A stretch of 64,000 bases of DNA. It comes from Candidatus Babelota bacterium (lineage in GTDB: Bacteria > Babelota > Babeliae > Babelales > GCA-2401785). Position 1 is the first letter of the stretch. The number at the start of each line of letters is the position of its first letter. The position numbers were made by a program, and so were the translations under genes. The notes beneath the pieces were generated by a model. That model was given only the letters and a program-made list of their open reading frames with translations, made no database searches and was not told the origin of the DNA. The DNA is taken from positions 17,359 to 81,358 of the forward strand of contig VHBT01000002.1 in assembly GCA_016871815.1 (NCBI GenBank). The letters are read 5' to 3'. Below are positions 54,358 through 64,000 of the stretch, in pieces.

Positions 54358-55422
54358 CTAGACAATCCGGGCGTTGTTACGTCGCTCAATGCGTTCATTT
54401 TCGATAAGAGGATCAATCAGATCCTGCATATCACCATTCATGACCAAATCAAGTTTTTTAAGTGTCACATCGACACGATGATCTGTAATTCGGTTTTGAG
54501 GATAATTATATGTTCTAATTTTCTCGGAACGCTCACCTGTTCCGATTTGTGACTTACGATTACTGGATCGCTCAGCCTCAAGCTTCTGCTTCTCGGCTTC
54601 ATAAATTCGCGCCTGAAGCACTTTCATCGCTTTTGCTTTGTTTTTAATTTGAGATCGCTCATCCTGACATGTTACAACAACTCCCGTTGGGATATGAGTT
54701 ATGCGAACCGCTGAATCTGTGGTATTAACGTGCTGACCGCCCGCACCACTAGAACGGTAATAGTCGATACGCAAATCGCTTTGATTTATAGAAATTTCAA
54801 CTTCATCAACCTCTGGCAAAACCGCAACAGTAACTGTTGATGTATGAATTCGACCAGCCCCTTCGGTTGCTGGAACTCGTTGAACACGGTGCACTCCAGA
54901 CTCAAACTTTAAAGATCGGTACACGCCCTTGCCTTTAATATAGGCGATAAGCTCTTTGCAGCCTCCAATATCAGACGAGCTAATATCAACTACAGAAACT
55001 TCCCAGCCCAATGAATTAGCATAAGCAGTATACATTCGGAATAAATCTGCCACAAAAAGACCTGCCTCCAAGCCTCCCGTTCCTGCACGAATTTCCAAGA
55101 AAACAGAATTATCATCGTGCTCATCGGCCGGATAAAGCTTATCTTCTAGCTTTTTTTCCAATGCGACCTGCTTAGCCTTTAAAGAAATCAATTCTTCTTT
55201 GTATAAATCAGAAAGCTCATCACCCTGCGAAATAAGCTGAACACAATAGGCTTCTTCACGCGAAACCTGCTCAAGTTCATCATTAGTTTCCAAAAGGCCA
55301 TTAAGCAAAGAGCTTCTTTTCTGCAAATCGACTCTGTCTTTTGCGGGAAGAGAAGCTCCATCGTTTAATTTTTCAAGAATTTTGTTGTATTCCGCTCTAA
55401 CAGAACCCCAATCTATCATCAA
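54358..55422 (-). CDS. prfA: Peptide chain release factor 1
   Basis: 354 aa. PAT tripeptide ([17 protein letters not shown]) and GGQ motif ([23 protein letters not shown]). Confidence 0.95.
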   Translation of the reverse strand: MMIDWGSVRAEYNKILEKLNDGASLPAKDRVDLQKRSSLLNGLLETNDELEQVSREEAYCVQLISQGDELSDLYKEELISLKAKQVALEKKLEDKLYPADEHDDNSVFLEIRAGTGGLEAGLFVADLFRMYTAYANSLGWEVSVVDISSSDIGGCKELIAYIKGKGVYRSLKFESGVHRVQRVPATEGAGRIHTSTVTVAVLPEVDEVEISINQSDLRIDYYRSSGAGGQHVNTTDSAVRITHIPTGVVVTCQDERSQIKNKAKAMKVLQARIYEAEKQKLEAERSSNRKSQIGTGERSEKIRTYNYPQNRITDHRVDVTLKKLDLVMNGDMQDLIDPLIENERIERRNNARIV

Positions 55423-55437
55423 CGACTCTCAAAAATG

Positions 55438-55650
55438 TTATTTTTTGCCAACATTTGCATAACGAGCAGCAAATCTTTCGATACGACCAGCGCTATCGAC
55501 AAACTTTTGCTGTCCGGTAAAAAATGGGTGGCACTTGGAACAAATTTCGACCAAAATGTTCTTTTGTGTTGATGTTGTGGTGAACTTGCTTCCACAAACA
55601 CAATGCGCTTCAACTGTGTGTACTTCTGGATGAATTCCGCTTTTTTTCAT
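55438..55650 (-). CDS. rpmE: 50S ribosomal protein L31 (Zn-ribbon type)
   Basis: 70 aa. MKKSGIHPEVH...CVCGSKF...CSKCHPFFTGQQKFVDSAGRIERF. Confidence 0.95.
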   Translation of the reverse strand: MKKSGIHPEVHTVEAHCVCGSKFTTTSTQKNILVEICSKCHPFFTGQQKFVDSAGRIERFAARYANVGKK

Positions 55651-55750
55651 AATTAACCTTTAATTCTACTTTTTTAAAGACCTGCCTAATTGTTAAAAGT
55701 ATCCAAGAAAAGGGTTTTTTTGTAAAGCCACCCTTAAACGGATTGTCCCG

Positions 55751-56584
55751 TTAAGACATATAAACAACGCAGGCCTCTTGCCTTAATCGCTTTTTTATAT
55801 CAATAAACTTATCTTTTTTGGCCTCTTCCAAAAGCCGTTGCTCAATCCCTGCATACCGCTCTTCAATCGTAAACAGTCGCGCATCTTGCTTTTCTTCAAG
55901 TCGATATATAAAAAAACTATCGCCCCGAATAACAGGCTCTGAAACCTGGCCTGGCTCCATTTTTGTTATAAACTTCATGCTTTTTGAAAGCTCTGACTCG
56001 CTCAGCCACCCGTCAAAGCGCGACCATTGAGTCGCTGCCTTTTTGGTCAAGTGACCATTTTCATCGACCAAGTCCTTAGAGCCTGTCGAAAAAGAAACTA
56101 AGTATAAAGCCTCTTTTTGTTCAGGGTTTTTTTCACAAAAAGCTACAATTTCATCACGAGAAACAACCGCTCCCTTTGGCATCAAAAGCATCTCCATTCG
56201 AGCGGCTGCACCAGAATTTTTAATCTGATTTACAACTTTTTTTGAAGACAACCCGGCTCTACCAAGAAAACGCTCGTATTCTTCGCCGCTTTTATAGCCA
56301 AATCCATGACCATTACGATACGCGATAGCCTTTTTTTCAACATCCTCTTGAGATGGAACAACGCCATTCTGCTGAGCTTTTTGCAACAAAATCTCATCCA
56401 TGATGCATCTTTCCAGATCCCTTGTTCTTCCGCCAAGAATCAACTGCGGCTCATTCAAATCAGATTTGCAAATCACCACATCATTAACCCGTGCAACAAC
56501 ACAGTCAACAAGATCTCGAGCCGATACCGACGAAACAAAAAAAACTGAAAGAATAAATAAAAGGTTTTTTTTCATATCCTGCAA
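55751..56584 (-). CDS. SurA-like periplasmic chaperone with a degenerate parvulin-like C-terminal region
   Basis: 277 aa with signal peptide. VVARVNDVVICKSDL...IMDEILLQKAQQNGV fits the SurA N-domain pattern. MEPGQVSEPVIRGDSFFIYRLEE is parvulin-like. Confidence 0.45.
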   Translation of the reverse strand: MQDMKKNLLFILSVFFVSSVSARDLVDCVVARVNDVVICKSDLNEPQLILGGRTRDLERCIMDEILLQKAQQNGVVPSQEDVEKKAIAYRNGHGFGYKSGEEYERFLGRAGLSSKKVVNQIKNSGAAARMEMLLMPKGAVVSRDEIVAFCEKNPEQKEALYLVSFSTGSKDLVDENGHLTKKAATQWSRFDGWLSESELSKSMKFITKMEPGQVSEPVIRGDSFFIYRLEEKQDARLFTIEERYAGIEQRLLEEAKKDKFIDIKKRLRQEACVVYMS

Positions 56585-56590
56585 TTCTCT

Positions 56591-57670
56591 TTAATGAACA
56601 TGCCCTTCAGGGTTTTCCTCTTCAAACTCACCATCCAACTCATCATTAAGTTGCTGCAATTCTTTCTTATTTATAATACGAGGCTTTGGCGACTTTGATT
56701 TTTTTTCAAAAACATCTTCATGAAGAGTAACGTTTGCTTTTTTCATCATTTCATCAAGTGCTTTTTCTAACGCATTTTTATGTAAATTTTCTTCCAACAT
56801 AGCCTTAATTCTTGGGGCAATCTCATCAAGCTCATAATAGGTTGCTGATTTTTTTTCTGTTGCAAAAACAACATAATGTCTATCGCCCTCAGAAACCAAC
56901 GAAACAGGATCTACTGTTTTTGCATAGAACAAGCGACGAACCTCTGTTGGATACTTTCCAATCACAGCATTAAGCGAAGAGCCTTTTCCATCGATATACC
57001 CAATCTCAACAGGAATGCCATCAAGATTTTCAGCCAATGCCGCAAAATCTTTAGTTTCCGCAACGCCTGAAAGCTGACTTTGCAATTTTTGAGCCTGAGC
57101 TTTAATCGCAAACTCCGCAACAGCAAAACGAGAACCACCACGGCTCTTAATGTAATTATCTTTATTTGAGCTATATTCGACTGCAACATCATCATCAGAA
57201 ACAACAATTGTTTCTTTAAGTGACTGAACAAATGTGTCGATAATCAATGAATCTCTAATCGCTTCAAAACTTTCTACGCAACGAGCCTTAAATGCTTCAT
57301 CTTGCTCAAGATTTTTTTCTTTTCCCCAAACATCCTTAATAAGAAGGAAATTGACCCAATCCTTTAAAAACTTAGCCTTGGCATCAACAGGGAATGTTTC
57401 TGGATCCATCTCTTTAGTATACTGAGATGACTTTAACAATTGTTTTAACTTTTTATTAAACGCTTCTTCCGAAACATACGGCTTACCAAAAGCCTCAACA
57501 AGAATCTCGCCACCCTGAACCAGCGACACATTTTCACTATCCATAAGTGCTGACTGAGCAGACGATTTGCCCATTTCAAAGAACACTGCAAGCTGTTTTC
57601 GACCAACAAATGCGCCAGCCGCACCAAGCAAAACAACAATCAACAACAACGATTTACCTGATGATTCCAT
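56591..57670 (-). CDS. PpiD/PrsA/SurA-family periplasmic chaperone-like protein
   Basis: 359 aa. N-terminal anchor, chaperone-like helical region and a parvulin-like segment (VDPVSLVSEGDRHYVVFATEKK). The assignment is weak. Confidence 0.35.
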   Translation of the reverse strand: MESSGKSLLLIVVLLGAAGAFVGRKQLAVFFEMGKSSAQSALMDSENVSLVQGGEILVEAFGKPYVSEEAFNKKLKQLLKSSQYTKEMDPETFPVDAKAKFLKDWVNFLLIKDVWGKEKNLEQDEAFKARCVESFEAIRDSLIIDTFVQSLKETIVVSDDDVAVEYSSNKDNYIKSRGGSRFAVAEFAIKAQAQKLQSQLSGVAETKDFAALAENLDGIPVEIGYIDGKGSSLNAVIGKYPTEVRRLFYAKTVDPVSLVSEGDRHYVVFATEKKSATYYELDEIAPRIKAMLEENLHKNALEKALDEMMKKANVTLHEDVFEKKSKSPKPRIINKKELQQLNDELDGEFEEENPEGHVH

Positions 57671-57856
57671 AAAACAGCTCCTTACTTTCAGCCGCTACAA
57701 AAATACGGACGAAGTTTACCATACGAATATCTAAAAGCAAATATGCGCTCGCTCAAGCAGCAAACCCCACGATATTTTCAACTCCCCTAGTTATAAAAAA
57801 ATATGTGTGTTAAAATTGGTTCGGCATTTTTCTGAAGTTAATTAGTCAGGCAAAAA

Positions 57857-59143
57857 ATGGAACAAAAAAATCAAATCTCACTGGTAAATGCTATCTTAAA
57901 AGGCATGAACATCATGGTTGGCGCAGCTATTTTAGCAGCCCCTCAAATCATCACCACTGCAGCCGGCGACATGGGAATTTTCGCTTGGGGTGTCTCCCTT
58001 GTCATTCTTCCAATTGTTTTAAGTATCATGAGACTTACGCAACTTGTTGAAAACGATGGCGGAATTTACGCATACGCACAAAAAGCCCTCGGTCGTTCAG
58101 TCGGTTTTTTGAGTGGTTCTATGTACTACCTTGGTTACACATTTGCCGCTACTGCAGTCATTAGCTTTCTGCGCGCACTTCTCTTGACCGCATTTCCAGA
58201 AACCTTTTTGATTCAAAATATTTTTGCATTTTACGGAATTGCGATGGCTTTAATCGCAACATTAAACCTTGTCAGCATTCGCGTAATGAATAGTTTTGAA
58301 ACACCTGCAATTTTGCTCAAATTCGCGCCACTTTTTATTGTTATTGGCGCAATTCCATTCGCAAGCGGCTCTGATTTTGTATTTGATTTAAGCAAACTAG
58401 GAAATCTTCCAAGCGCGCTCACAACTGCAATCTTTGGATTCCTTGGTTTTGAATATTCTCTCGCACTAAATCAATATCTTTCAAACAAAGAAGTAAACGG
58501 CCCGCGTGCTGTTGTTGGAACATTTTTATCAACAACAGTTTTATACGTTTTGTTCCACTTTGGATTGTTAAAACTCATGGGAAGTCAAAATCTGGCAACT
58601 CTTGGAGCAACTGGATTTGCATCATTCCTTCCACTTTCATCAATCACGATCAAACTGTGGGTTGCTATGCTTCTTGGATTTGCAATTAAATTATCTTACT
58701 TTTCATCCGCAAATGGCATGACATTTGGTAACATCACAACCTTATACGGTCTTGCAAAAGATAAATTAATTCGTGGTGGCGAAATTTTAACAATAACCAA
58801 TCAAAACGATCGACCACTGTTTGCTGGAATTTTACAGTTCATCACAATTTATGCTCTTGGCACACTTGTTCCAAACATTCTTGTTCTTGCAAATTTGACC
58901 AATTTAACGGTCTTACTTGTTTTCGTTTTACTCATTACATCATTAATCGCTGTTCTTAATAAACAAGTAGCGCCAAGCCTCTCAGACAAATTAATTGCCT
59001 TCTTTGGGTTTATTTCAAGCGTTGGATTAGCTACTTACTCATTCTTATCTCTTGGTACAAGCTGGAGTGTTCGAATGAATAGCGTGCTTCCACTTGTTGG
59101 CTGCGTATTACTTTCATTTATTGTTTACAAGCCAGAAGAATAA
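57857..59143 (+). CDS. APC-superfamily amino-acid permease
   Basis: 428 aa, about 12 TM helices. The N-terminus ISLVNAILKGMNIMVGAAILAAP and overall layout are typical of amino-acid/polyamine transporters. Confidence 0.6.
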   Translation: MEQKNQISLVNAILKGMNIMVGAAILAAPQIITTAAGDMGIFAWGVSLVILPIVLSIMRLTQLVENDGGIYAYAQKALGRSVGFLSGSMYYLGYTFAATAVISFLRALLLTAFPETFLIQNIFAFYGIAMALIATLNLVSIRVMNSFETPAILLKFAPLFIVIGAIPFASGSDFVFDLSKLGNLPSALTTAIFGFLGFEYSLALNQYLSNKEVNGPRAVVGTFLSTTVLYVLFHFGLLKLMGSQNLATLGATGFASFLPLSSITIKLWVAMLLGFAIKLSYFSSANGMTFGNITTLYGLAKDKLIRGGEILTITNQNDRPLFAGILQFITIYALGTLVPNILVLANLTNLTVLLVFVLLITSLIAVLNKQVAPSLSDKLIAFFGFISSVGLATYSFLSLGTSWSVRMNSVLPLVGCVLLSFIVYKPEE

Positions 59144-59178
59144 TCGTTTAAAACCCTTAAAACCGTAAATGAGTCGTC

Positions 59179-61527
59179 ATGAAACTTTCACTGAATTGGA
59201 TTTTTGATCACATCAATGCAGCGCTGTCACATCAAAATGTTGAACAGATTATCAAGCGCTTTAACGAAGTATCTGCCGAAATTGATGGCGTTTGTCATAT
59301 GACTTACGACAACGATAGTTTGTATACAGCTGTTGTAAAAAACAAAACCTCTGAGCACGTAGAAGCTTTTATTGCAGAAACAAATCAAACAATCAATCTT
59401 TCTATCCGATCAGATGCACAAAACAATCAATCCAATTCTGTTGTTTTTCTTGTAAAAAAAGTAGCTGGATCTTTTGATTGGGCAACATATAAAGATATGG
59501 GACAAGAATCTGAAACACTTATTCCCGCTCTTTGGTTGGATCAAAAATATCATGACGGCTCATGGCGGAATCTTATCCCAACGCACGACACAATCATCGA
59601 AGTTGACAACAAAACAATCACTCATCGCCCTGACATGTGGGGACACCGTGGTTTTGCTCGAGAAATTACCGCTTTTATGAATTTACCATTAAAGCCCCAT
59701 AATCAAGTCACAGATTCACTTGAAAACACAGAACATAATTCTTCGATGAAAATTGCGGGTGCAATAGAATCAGAGCAATGCTCGCGATTAGTCTTGGCAT
59801 ATCTTTCATCAATCGAAAATAGAGCCTCTGATTTTTTTATTGGCATTCGGTTAATGCGCCTTGGATCAAAAATTTTTGGCGCAATCGTCGACCTCACCAA
59901 CTATGTGATGCTTGATTGGTCTCAACCAAGCCATGCATATGATGCCGCTGAAATTGCTGAAAACAAAATTATTGTTCGACATGCAAAAACCGACGAAGAA
60001 ATAACAATCTTAGATGGCTCTGTAAAAAAACTTTCTCCACAAGACGTTGTTATAGCATCGCCAGAAAAAGCCCTTTGCATTGCTGGCATCAAGGGCGGCC
60101 TAAATTCTGGAATTACAAAAAAAACAACTTCCGCTGTTTTAGAATTTGCAACTTTTGATGCAACCTCTGTCAGAAAAACAGCTCATAAATTAAATCTTCG
60201 AACAGACGCTTCTGCCCGTTTTGAAAAAACACTTTCATCTGAACAACCAATTGAAGCTCTTGCACGATTTATGTTTTTAGCAAAACAACTATCATTAAAT
60301 CCTGTAATTTCTGGTCCTATCGTAAATATCGCAAATAACCCAAATAAACCAATAACAATTACGATCGAACATCACTTTATCGAATCTCGCATGGGAATAA
60401 TCCTCTCCAAGGAACAAATCTTAGACATGCTCTCATCTTTAGAATTCGAAATCTCATGCGCAACTCAAAATCAAATAACTACCTATACAATTAAAGTTCC
60501 TCACTTTAGAGCATCCAAAGATATTCGCATCCGAGAAGATATCATCGAAGAAATTACTCGCATGTACGGATTTGATAAAATCCCGCTCTCTCTTCCCTCT
60601 CGAACAACAGCCCCAAGCGACATGGCGATAAATGCTCACGAACGAAACCTCAAGCGAATTTTGTCAAATGTTGGTGGCATGTTCGAACAAAAAAATTACA
60701 TGTACTTTGATTCATCATTCACGGAGCAACTTGGACTTGATACTTCAAAATGTTTATCTATCGTAAACCCTGTCTCTAGCAACCAATCACTTCTTGTAGA
60801 CTCTCTTATTCCAGGGTTGCTCAAAAACGTAGAAGATAACATTTTGGAATATGATGCACTTTCTTTTTTTGAAATTAACGCCACCTGGAATCTGCAACCC
60901 GCTCAAACATACAAAGAAGAACAACGTCTTTCTGGAATATTTTTCTCGCGAAGAAGCAAAGCTCATTTTTTACAGAAAAAAACCATTCTCTCGCGATTGC
61001 TTGATGAAGCCGATCTAAAAACAGCTGATTGGAAGGCTTCAAGCGAACCACTCTACGCCTGTTTTGACCCAGAACAAACAGCGTCTATTTATCACGAAAA
61101 TAAATTAATTGGATTTGTCGGATTTATTCGCAAAGAAATTATCAATAAACTTACCGGAACCCTTCCTGAAAGTTCTGCGATTATTTTTGATTTTGATTAT
61201 TCCGTACTCAAAAACAACAAAAAAACGCTCGTTAAATTTAAGCCAATCTCTCGATACCAAGCGAGCTCTGTTGACGTTTCATTTTTGGTTCCCGCAACAG
61301 TTTCTTACGAATTTATCGCAACTAAACTAAAAGCCCTTGATTCATCCATTTCGGAATTGAGCCTTATCGACTCTTTTACCAAAAAAGAATGGAATGGAGA
61401 TCGGTCGCTAACCTTTAGACTCAAAATTAGCTCGCATGACAAAACAACAGATAAGAATGATATTGATAGCATCTTGTCCAAAATCACCTCATTCGCACAG
61501 CAACACAAATTAAGTCTTAGAGAATAA
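59179..61527 (+). CDS. pheT: Phenylalanine--tRNA ligase beta subunit
   Basis: 782 aa. MKLSLNWIFDHI start, B3/B4 region (ITHRPDMWGHRGFAREI; VDLTNYVMLDWSQPSHAYD), B5 and a C-terminal FDX-ACB-like domain. Confidence 0.9.
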   Translation: MKLSLNWIFDHINAALSHQNVEQIIKRFNEVSAEIDGVCHMTYDNDSLYTAVVKNKTSEHVEAFIAETNQTINLSIRSDAQNNQSNSVVFLVKKVAGSFDWATYKDMGQESETLIPALWLDQKYHDGSWRNLIPTHDTIIEVDNKTITHRPDMWGHRGFAREITAFMNLPLKPHNQVTDSLENTEHNSSMKIAGAIESEQCSRLVLAYLSSIENRASDFFIGIRLMRLGSKIFGAIVDLTNYVMLDWSQPSHAYDAAEIAENKIIVRHAKTDEEITILDGSVKKLSPQDVVIASPEKALCIAGIKGGLNSGITKKTTSAVLEFATFDATSVRKTAHKLNLRTDASARFEKTLSSEQPIEALARFMFLAKQLSLNPVISGPIVNIANNPNKPITITIEHHFIESRMGIILSKEQILDMLSSLEFEISCATQNQITTYTIKVPHFRASKDIRIREDIIEEITRMYGFDKIPLSLPSRTTAPSDMAINAHERNLKRILSNVGGMFEQKNYMYFDSSFTEQLGLDTSKCLSIVNPVSSNQSLLVDSLIPGLLKNVEDNILEYDALSFFEINATWNLQPAQTYKEEQRLSGIFFSRRSKAHFLQKKTILSRLLDEADLKTADWKASSEPLYACFDPEQTASIYHENKLIGFVGFIRKEIINKLTGTLPESSAIIFDFDYSVLKNNKKTLVKFKPISRYQASSVDVSFLVPATVSYEFIATKLKALDSSISELSLIDSFTKKEWNGDRSLTFRLKISSHDKTTDKNDIDSILSKITSFAQQHKLSLRE

Positions 61528-61529
61528 AA

Positions 61530-62021
61530 ATGCGAGAAAACAACGCCCCTTTCAGACCGAGCAGAAGTGTATTTTTTTTCTTTTTTCTTTTTATAATCGA
61601 CCAAATAACAAAACGATGTGCACTTCTTTTTTGGAGCGAAAACATCATAGCGCTAAAATCCTGGCTCTTTTTGGGTCTTGAAGCAAATAATGGACTTGCC
61701 TGGGGTATTGGAGCTTCTTCGGCTCCAATTATGCGATGGATATTTTCCCTGGGGATGTTTATTGGTCTTATTTTTCTTTCTTATAAAACGCTGCTCGATT
61801 GGTGCAAATATTCCTCAAAATGGATCATTTATGGCCGGAGCCTGATTATTGTTGGTGGATTTTCTAATCTTGTAGATAGACTTTTTCACGGAGCAGTCAT
61901 TGATTTTATTCAACTGTTTATCGGAAACTATCGATTGTCTGTTTTTAATCTTGCGGATGTATACATTATCGTCGGCATCTGCATACTCTTAAAAAAGGCT
62001 TCTCATGAATTTCCCTTCTGA
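61530..62021 (+). CDS. lspA: Lipoprotein signal peptidase II
   Basis: IIDQITKRCA, NNGLAWGIG, VGGFSNLVDRLFHGAVIDFI and FNLADVYIIVG. Confidence 0.85.
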   Translation: MRENNAPFRPSRSVFFFFFLFIIDQITKRCALLFWSENIIALKSWLFLGLEANNGLAWGIGASSAPIMRWIFSLGMFIGLIFLSYKTLLDWCKYSSKWIIYGRSLIIVGGFSNLVDRLFHGAVIDFIQLFIGNYRLSVFNLADVYIIVGICILLKKASHEFPF

Positions 62022-62496
62022 AAAAATAAAAAGCGCATTATTTAAATTCGCAACATTTCATGTCAACAATAATCGAATCCTTGGTGGCGTCACGCTGTCT
62101 CTTGGGGCCTTTCCGCTGATTATTCTCGGACGATCGGCATACCACCTTTCCCCAGATCTGTTTTATAATTGTTTTATGATATTTATGTCATTGCTCTCAT
62201 ATGGTCTTTATTTTGTTTTCGAATCACTTCCATCAGAAAAACAAAACACCATCACGGCAAATCGCATTCTTGGCATGCTTATTACCTACTTTTACATTCC
62301 GATGCAACTTAAGTTCATCATTTTAGCCTTAATTGTTTTTCATATGACCAGAAGCCTTGTAAATCAGGTTATTCTTTCGAAAACTGAAATCGACCTAAGC
62401 GCACTCTCTGGACTTATTGGCATTTTCGCTCTTGATGTTGTTGCGGGAATTTGTTCAAACATTTGTATGCTTATTTTACGAATAATTCTTGCATGA
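62005..62496 (+). CDS. Hypothetical integral membrane protein (163 aa)
   Basis: Four to five hydrophobic helices. Translationally coupled to lspA upstream and to comFC downstream (ATGA overlap). Confidence 0.5.
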   Translation: MNFPSEKIKSALFKFATFHVNNNRILGGVTLSLGAFPLIILGRSAYHLSPDLFYNCFMIFMSLLSYGLYFVFESLPSEKQNTITANRILGMLITYFYIPMQLKFIILALIVFHMTRSLVNQVILSKTEIDLSALSGLIGIFALDVVAGICSNICMLILRIILA

Positions 62497-63149
62497 TTAG
62501 TCAACTGAGCTCAATTTTCAACACGCTGATCAATTTTGCCTTTCCAAGCTTTTGTGCAGAATGCCACATATTACTTTCTAGAGAAGAAATTTTATGTAAC
62601 TCCTGTGCAGCAAGTCTTTCACAAGTGTGTAGCTCAAACCTATTAATCTCCAAAAAAAAATCACTCACCGTACACGCCCTAACTCATTATTCTGGAATCA
62701 CCAAAACACTTGTTTTAAGAAAAAATCAAGGACAATCAAAAACCTTTGAAAAACTTGCGCGGCTCACACTCAAGAATCTTTCGCCAGAAATCAAAGACGT
62801 TGACTATTTTATTCCGATTCCTATTCATTGGACTAAAAAACTTCAACGCGGCTTCAATCAAACAGAAATACTTGCAAAAACATACGCAGATCTTAGTGGG
62901 GCCCAAATGCTTTCGTGCCTCATAAAAAAAGTTCGCACAAAACCCCAAACCCAGCTCAGCAAAGAAGAGCGACAAATCAATATCAAGGGCTCTTTTTCGG
63001 TCGATGAAAAATATAAAGAATTATTATTTAATAAAAAAATCATCTTGGTTGATGATGTCATGACGACTGGAGCAACCCTCACAGAGGCTGCTCGAGTACT
63101 ATCAAATCATCAACCGAAAATAATTACTGCAATTGTTGTATGTCGTTAG
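62493..63149 (+). CDS. comFC: ComF-family phosphoribosyltransferase-domain protein (start at the internal ATG)
   Basis: FPSFCAECHILLSREEILCNSCAASL Zn-finger-like N-terminus and PRTase motif IILVDDVMTTGATLTEA. The ATG at 62493 overlaps the upstream stop. Confidence 0.8.
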   Translation: MISQLSSIFNTLINFAFPSFCAECHILLSREEILCNSCAASLSQVCSSNLLISKKKSLTVHALTHYSGITKTLVLRKNQGQSKTFEKLARLTLKNLSPEIKDVDYFIPIPIHWTKKLQRGFNQTEILAKTYADLSGAQMLSCLIKKVRTKPQTQLSKEERQINIKGSFSVDEKYKELLFNKKIILVDDVMTTGATLTEAARVLSNHQPKIITAIVVCR

Positions 63150-63861
63150 AAACGATGTTTTGTGCAGCGTTTTGATGGGCAAAAATATCTACCAATACAT
63201 CAAACGCATCATGATAATCACGCACGGCATAATCTGCGTGATGAATATGCTCTTTATTTCGCTTATTTTTTATAGCGATGCATCGCATTCCTGCAAGAGC
63301 CGCTGCTTCAAAACCAAAAATTGAATCCTCAATTACCAAGCATTCTTCTGGTAAAACACCAAGTTGATCTGCCGCATATAAAAAAAGTGCTGGATTTGGT
63401 TTTGCTAAACCACCAACATCATCCTTACAATACAAATGATTACCAAAAAAATACTTAAAATTCATTTTTTCAATAATAGCATCAAACGCTTGTCGCCCTG
63501 TGTTGGTTGCTATTGCAAAAACCAAATTTGAATCTTTAACAAATGAATGAAAACGCTCAAATCCTTCGATAAAAGGAACTATTTCTTCAAAGCCTTGCGA
63601 TGCATTCATAACAGCTTCAGAAGCAATCATTTCATGCGGATCGTCTAATTTAAAAAACGATTTTACCTGAACAGCCCAGTCTTCAATTCCAATCCCAGAA
63701 AATGAATCTAAAAAAATCTCTTCTTCTTCTGTAAATTCTAATATTCCGCGATCAAACAACGGTTTTTTTGTCGCAAAATCCCATACTTTTTCCGTATTAA
63801 CAATTGTGCCATCCATATCAAAGATTATCGCTCGGATTGGCATATTTTTTTTCTCGATCAT
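63124..63861 (-). CDS. HAD-superfamily hydrolase (beta-phosphoglucomutase-like subfamily); start 63861 or 63843
   Basis: IRAIIFDMDGTIVNTE (DxDGT motif I), ATNTG (motif II) and a C-terminal VIEDSIFGFEAAALAGM (motif IV). The track N-terminal extension to 63930 is unlikely. Confidence 0.8.
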   Translation of the reverse strand: MIEKKNMPIRAIIFDMDGTIVNTEKVWDFATKKPLFDRGILEFTEEEEIFLDSFSGIGIEDWAVQVKSFFKLDDPHEMIASEAVMNASQGFEEIVPFIEGFERFHSFVKDSNLVFAIATNTGRQAFDAIIEKMNFKYFFGNHLYCKDDVGGLAKPNPALFLYAADQLGVLPEECLVIEDSIFGFEAAALAGMRCIAIKNKRNKEHIHHADYAVRDYHDAFDVLVDIFAHQNAAQNIVSNDIQQLQ

Positions 63862-64000
63862 GTAGCGGATCCTCCCAAGATAGCAAATAAACATTCTTTC
63901 AATTTTAACGACCACCCCCACAACCGTCAACCCATGCCAATCGGAGAAATAGAGAAAACAGCATTATTCGAATGTCTTTTTAGCAATCTCCGAAAGAGCC

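Noticed and set aside
55731-55750. cggattgtc near the SurA-like gene end is the reverse complement of part of the prfA-terminus repeat
   Set aside because: It is only a 9-mer, in the opposite orientation. A match of that length is expected by chance in 64 kb on both strands.
63931-64000. Possible gene fragment at the right edge (plus-strand ATG at 63934, MPIGEIEKTALFECLFSNLRKS...; or a minus-strand frame ending at 63927)
   Set aside because: Only about 22 codons are visible, both strands stay open, and there are no motifs. The strand or coding status cannot be decided.
1-64000. Search for CRISPR arrays, IS elements or terminal inverted repeats, integrases, reverse transcriptases, rRNA, tmRNA/RNase P/SRP RNA signatures, and alternative genetic code
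   Set aside because: No regularly spaced repeats or recombinase-like ORFs were seen, and no conserved ncRNA core motifs (e.g. the RNase P GAGGAAAGUCC) were seen. TGA clearly terminates conserved genes (e.g. nfeD), so the standard code applies.

Overview
AT-rich bacterial chromosome segment using the standard code (TGA acts as a stop). It looks like a diderm: there is an outer-membrane barrel ending in Phe, SurA-like chaperones and LspA. It is probably a host-associated or intracellular lineage; a Dependentiae/TM6-like origin is only a guess. The ORF-track coordinates include the stop codon, and TTG/GTG starts are shown as M.

Conserved core:
- One collinear minus-strand block runs from about 46.5 kb to 30 kb: tRNA-Tyr, tRNA-Gly, tRNA-Thr, tRNA-Thr, rpmG, tRNA-Trp, secE, nusG, rplK, rplA, rplJ, rplL, rpoB, rpoC, tRNA-Val, rpsO, pnp, rph.
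- Other housekeeping genes: comM/yifB, acpS, nfeD plus an SPFH gene, uvrC, csaA, a polar amino-acid ABC transporter, tsaE, tdk, radA, prfA, rpmE, pheT, lspA, comFC.
- No CRISPR array, IS element, integrase, transposase or rRNA was seen.

Accessory stretches (0-8.7, 11-14.3, 17.4-23.5, 28.9-30 and 50.8-54.3 kb) encode mostly signal-peptide or membrane proteins without recognisable families.

Main observations:
1. A secreted ORF carries the two hallmark segments of canonical, eukaryote-type poly(ADP-ribose) glycohydrolase, but with a remodelled GGG...QEE signature.
2. A recurring signature appears three times: a single-gene insertion bracketed by a duplicated terminus of the adjacent gene (radA 3' end, prfA 3' end, and the 5' end of a SAP-domain gene), with no recombinase in view.
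3. A tight five-gene minus-strand operon is built around a new membrane module of about 215 aa, present three times.
4. A 945-codon open frame at the left edge is missing from the supplied ORF track.
5. RpoB carries a Cys-knuckle (zinc-ribbon-like) insertion of about 59 aa.
6. Smaller items: a SpoU methyltransferase fused to a MarR-like domain, a stand-alone ATP-synthase-gamma-like gene, an alpha/beta-hydrolase paralogue pair with a Ser-to-Cys nucleophile swap, and a UvrC lacking the (HhH)2 domain.

All family assignments come from motif recognition by eye. No database search was run.
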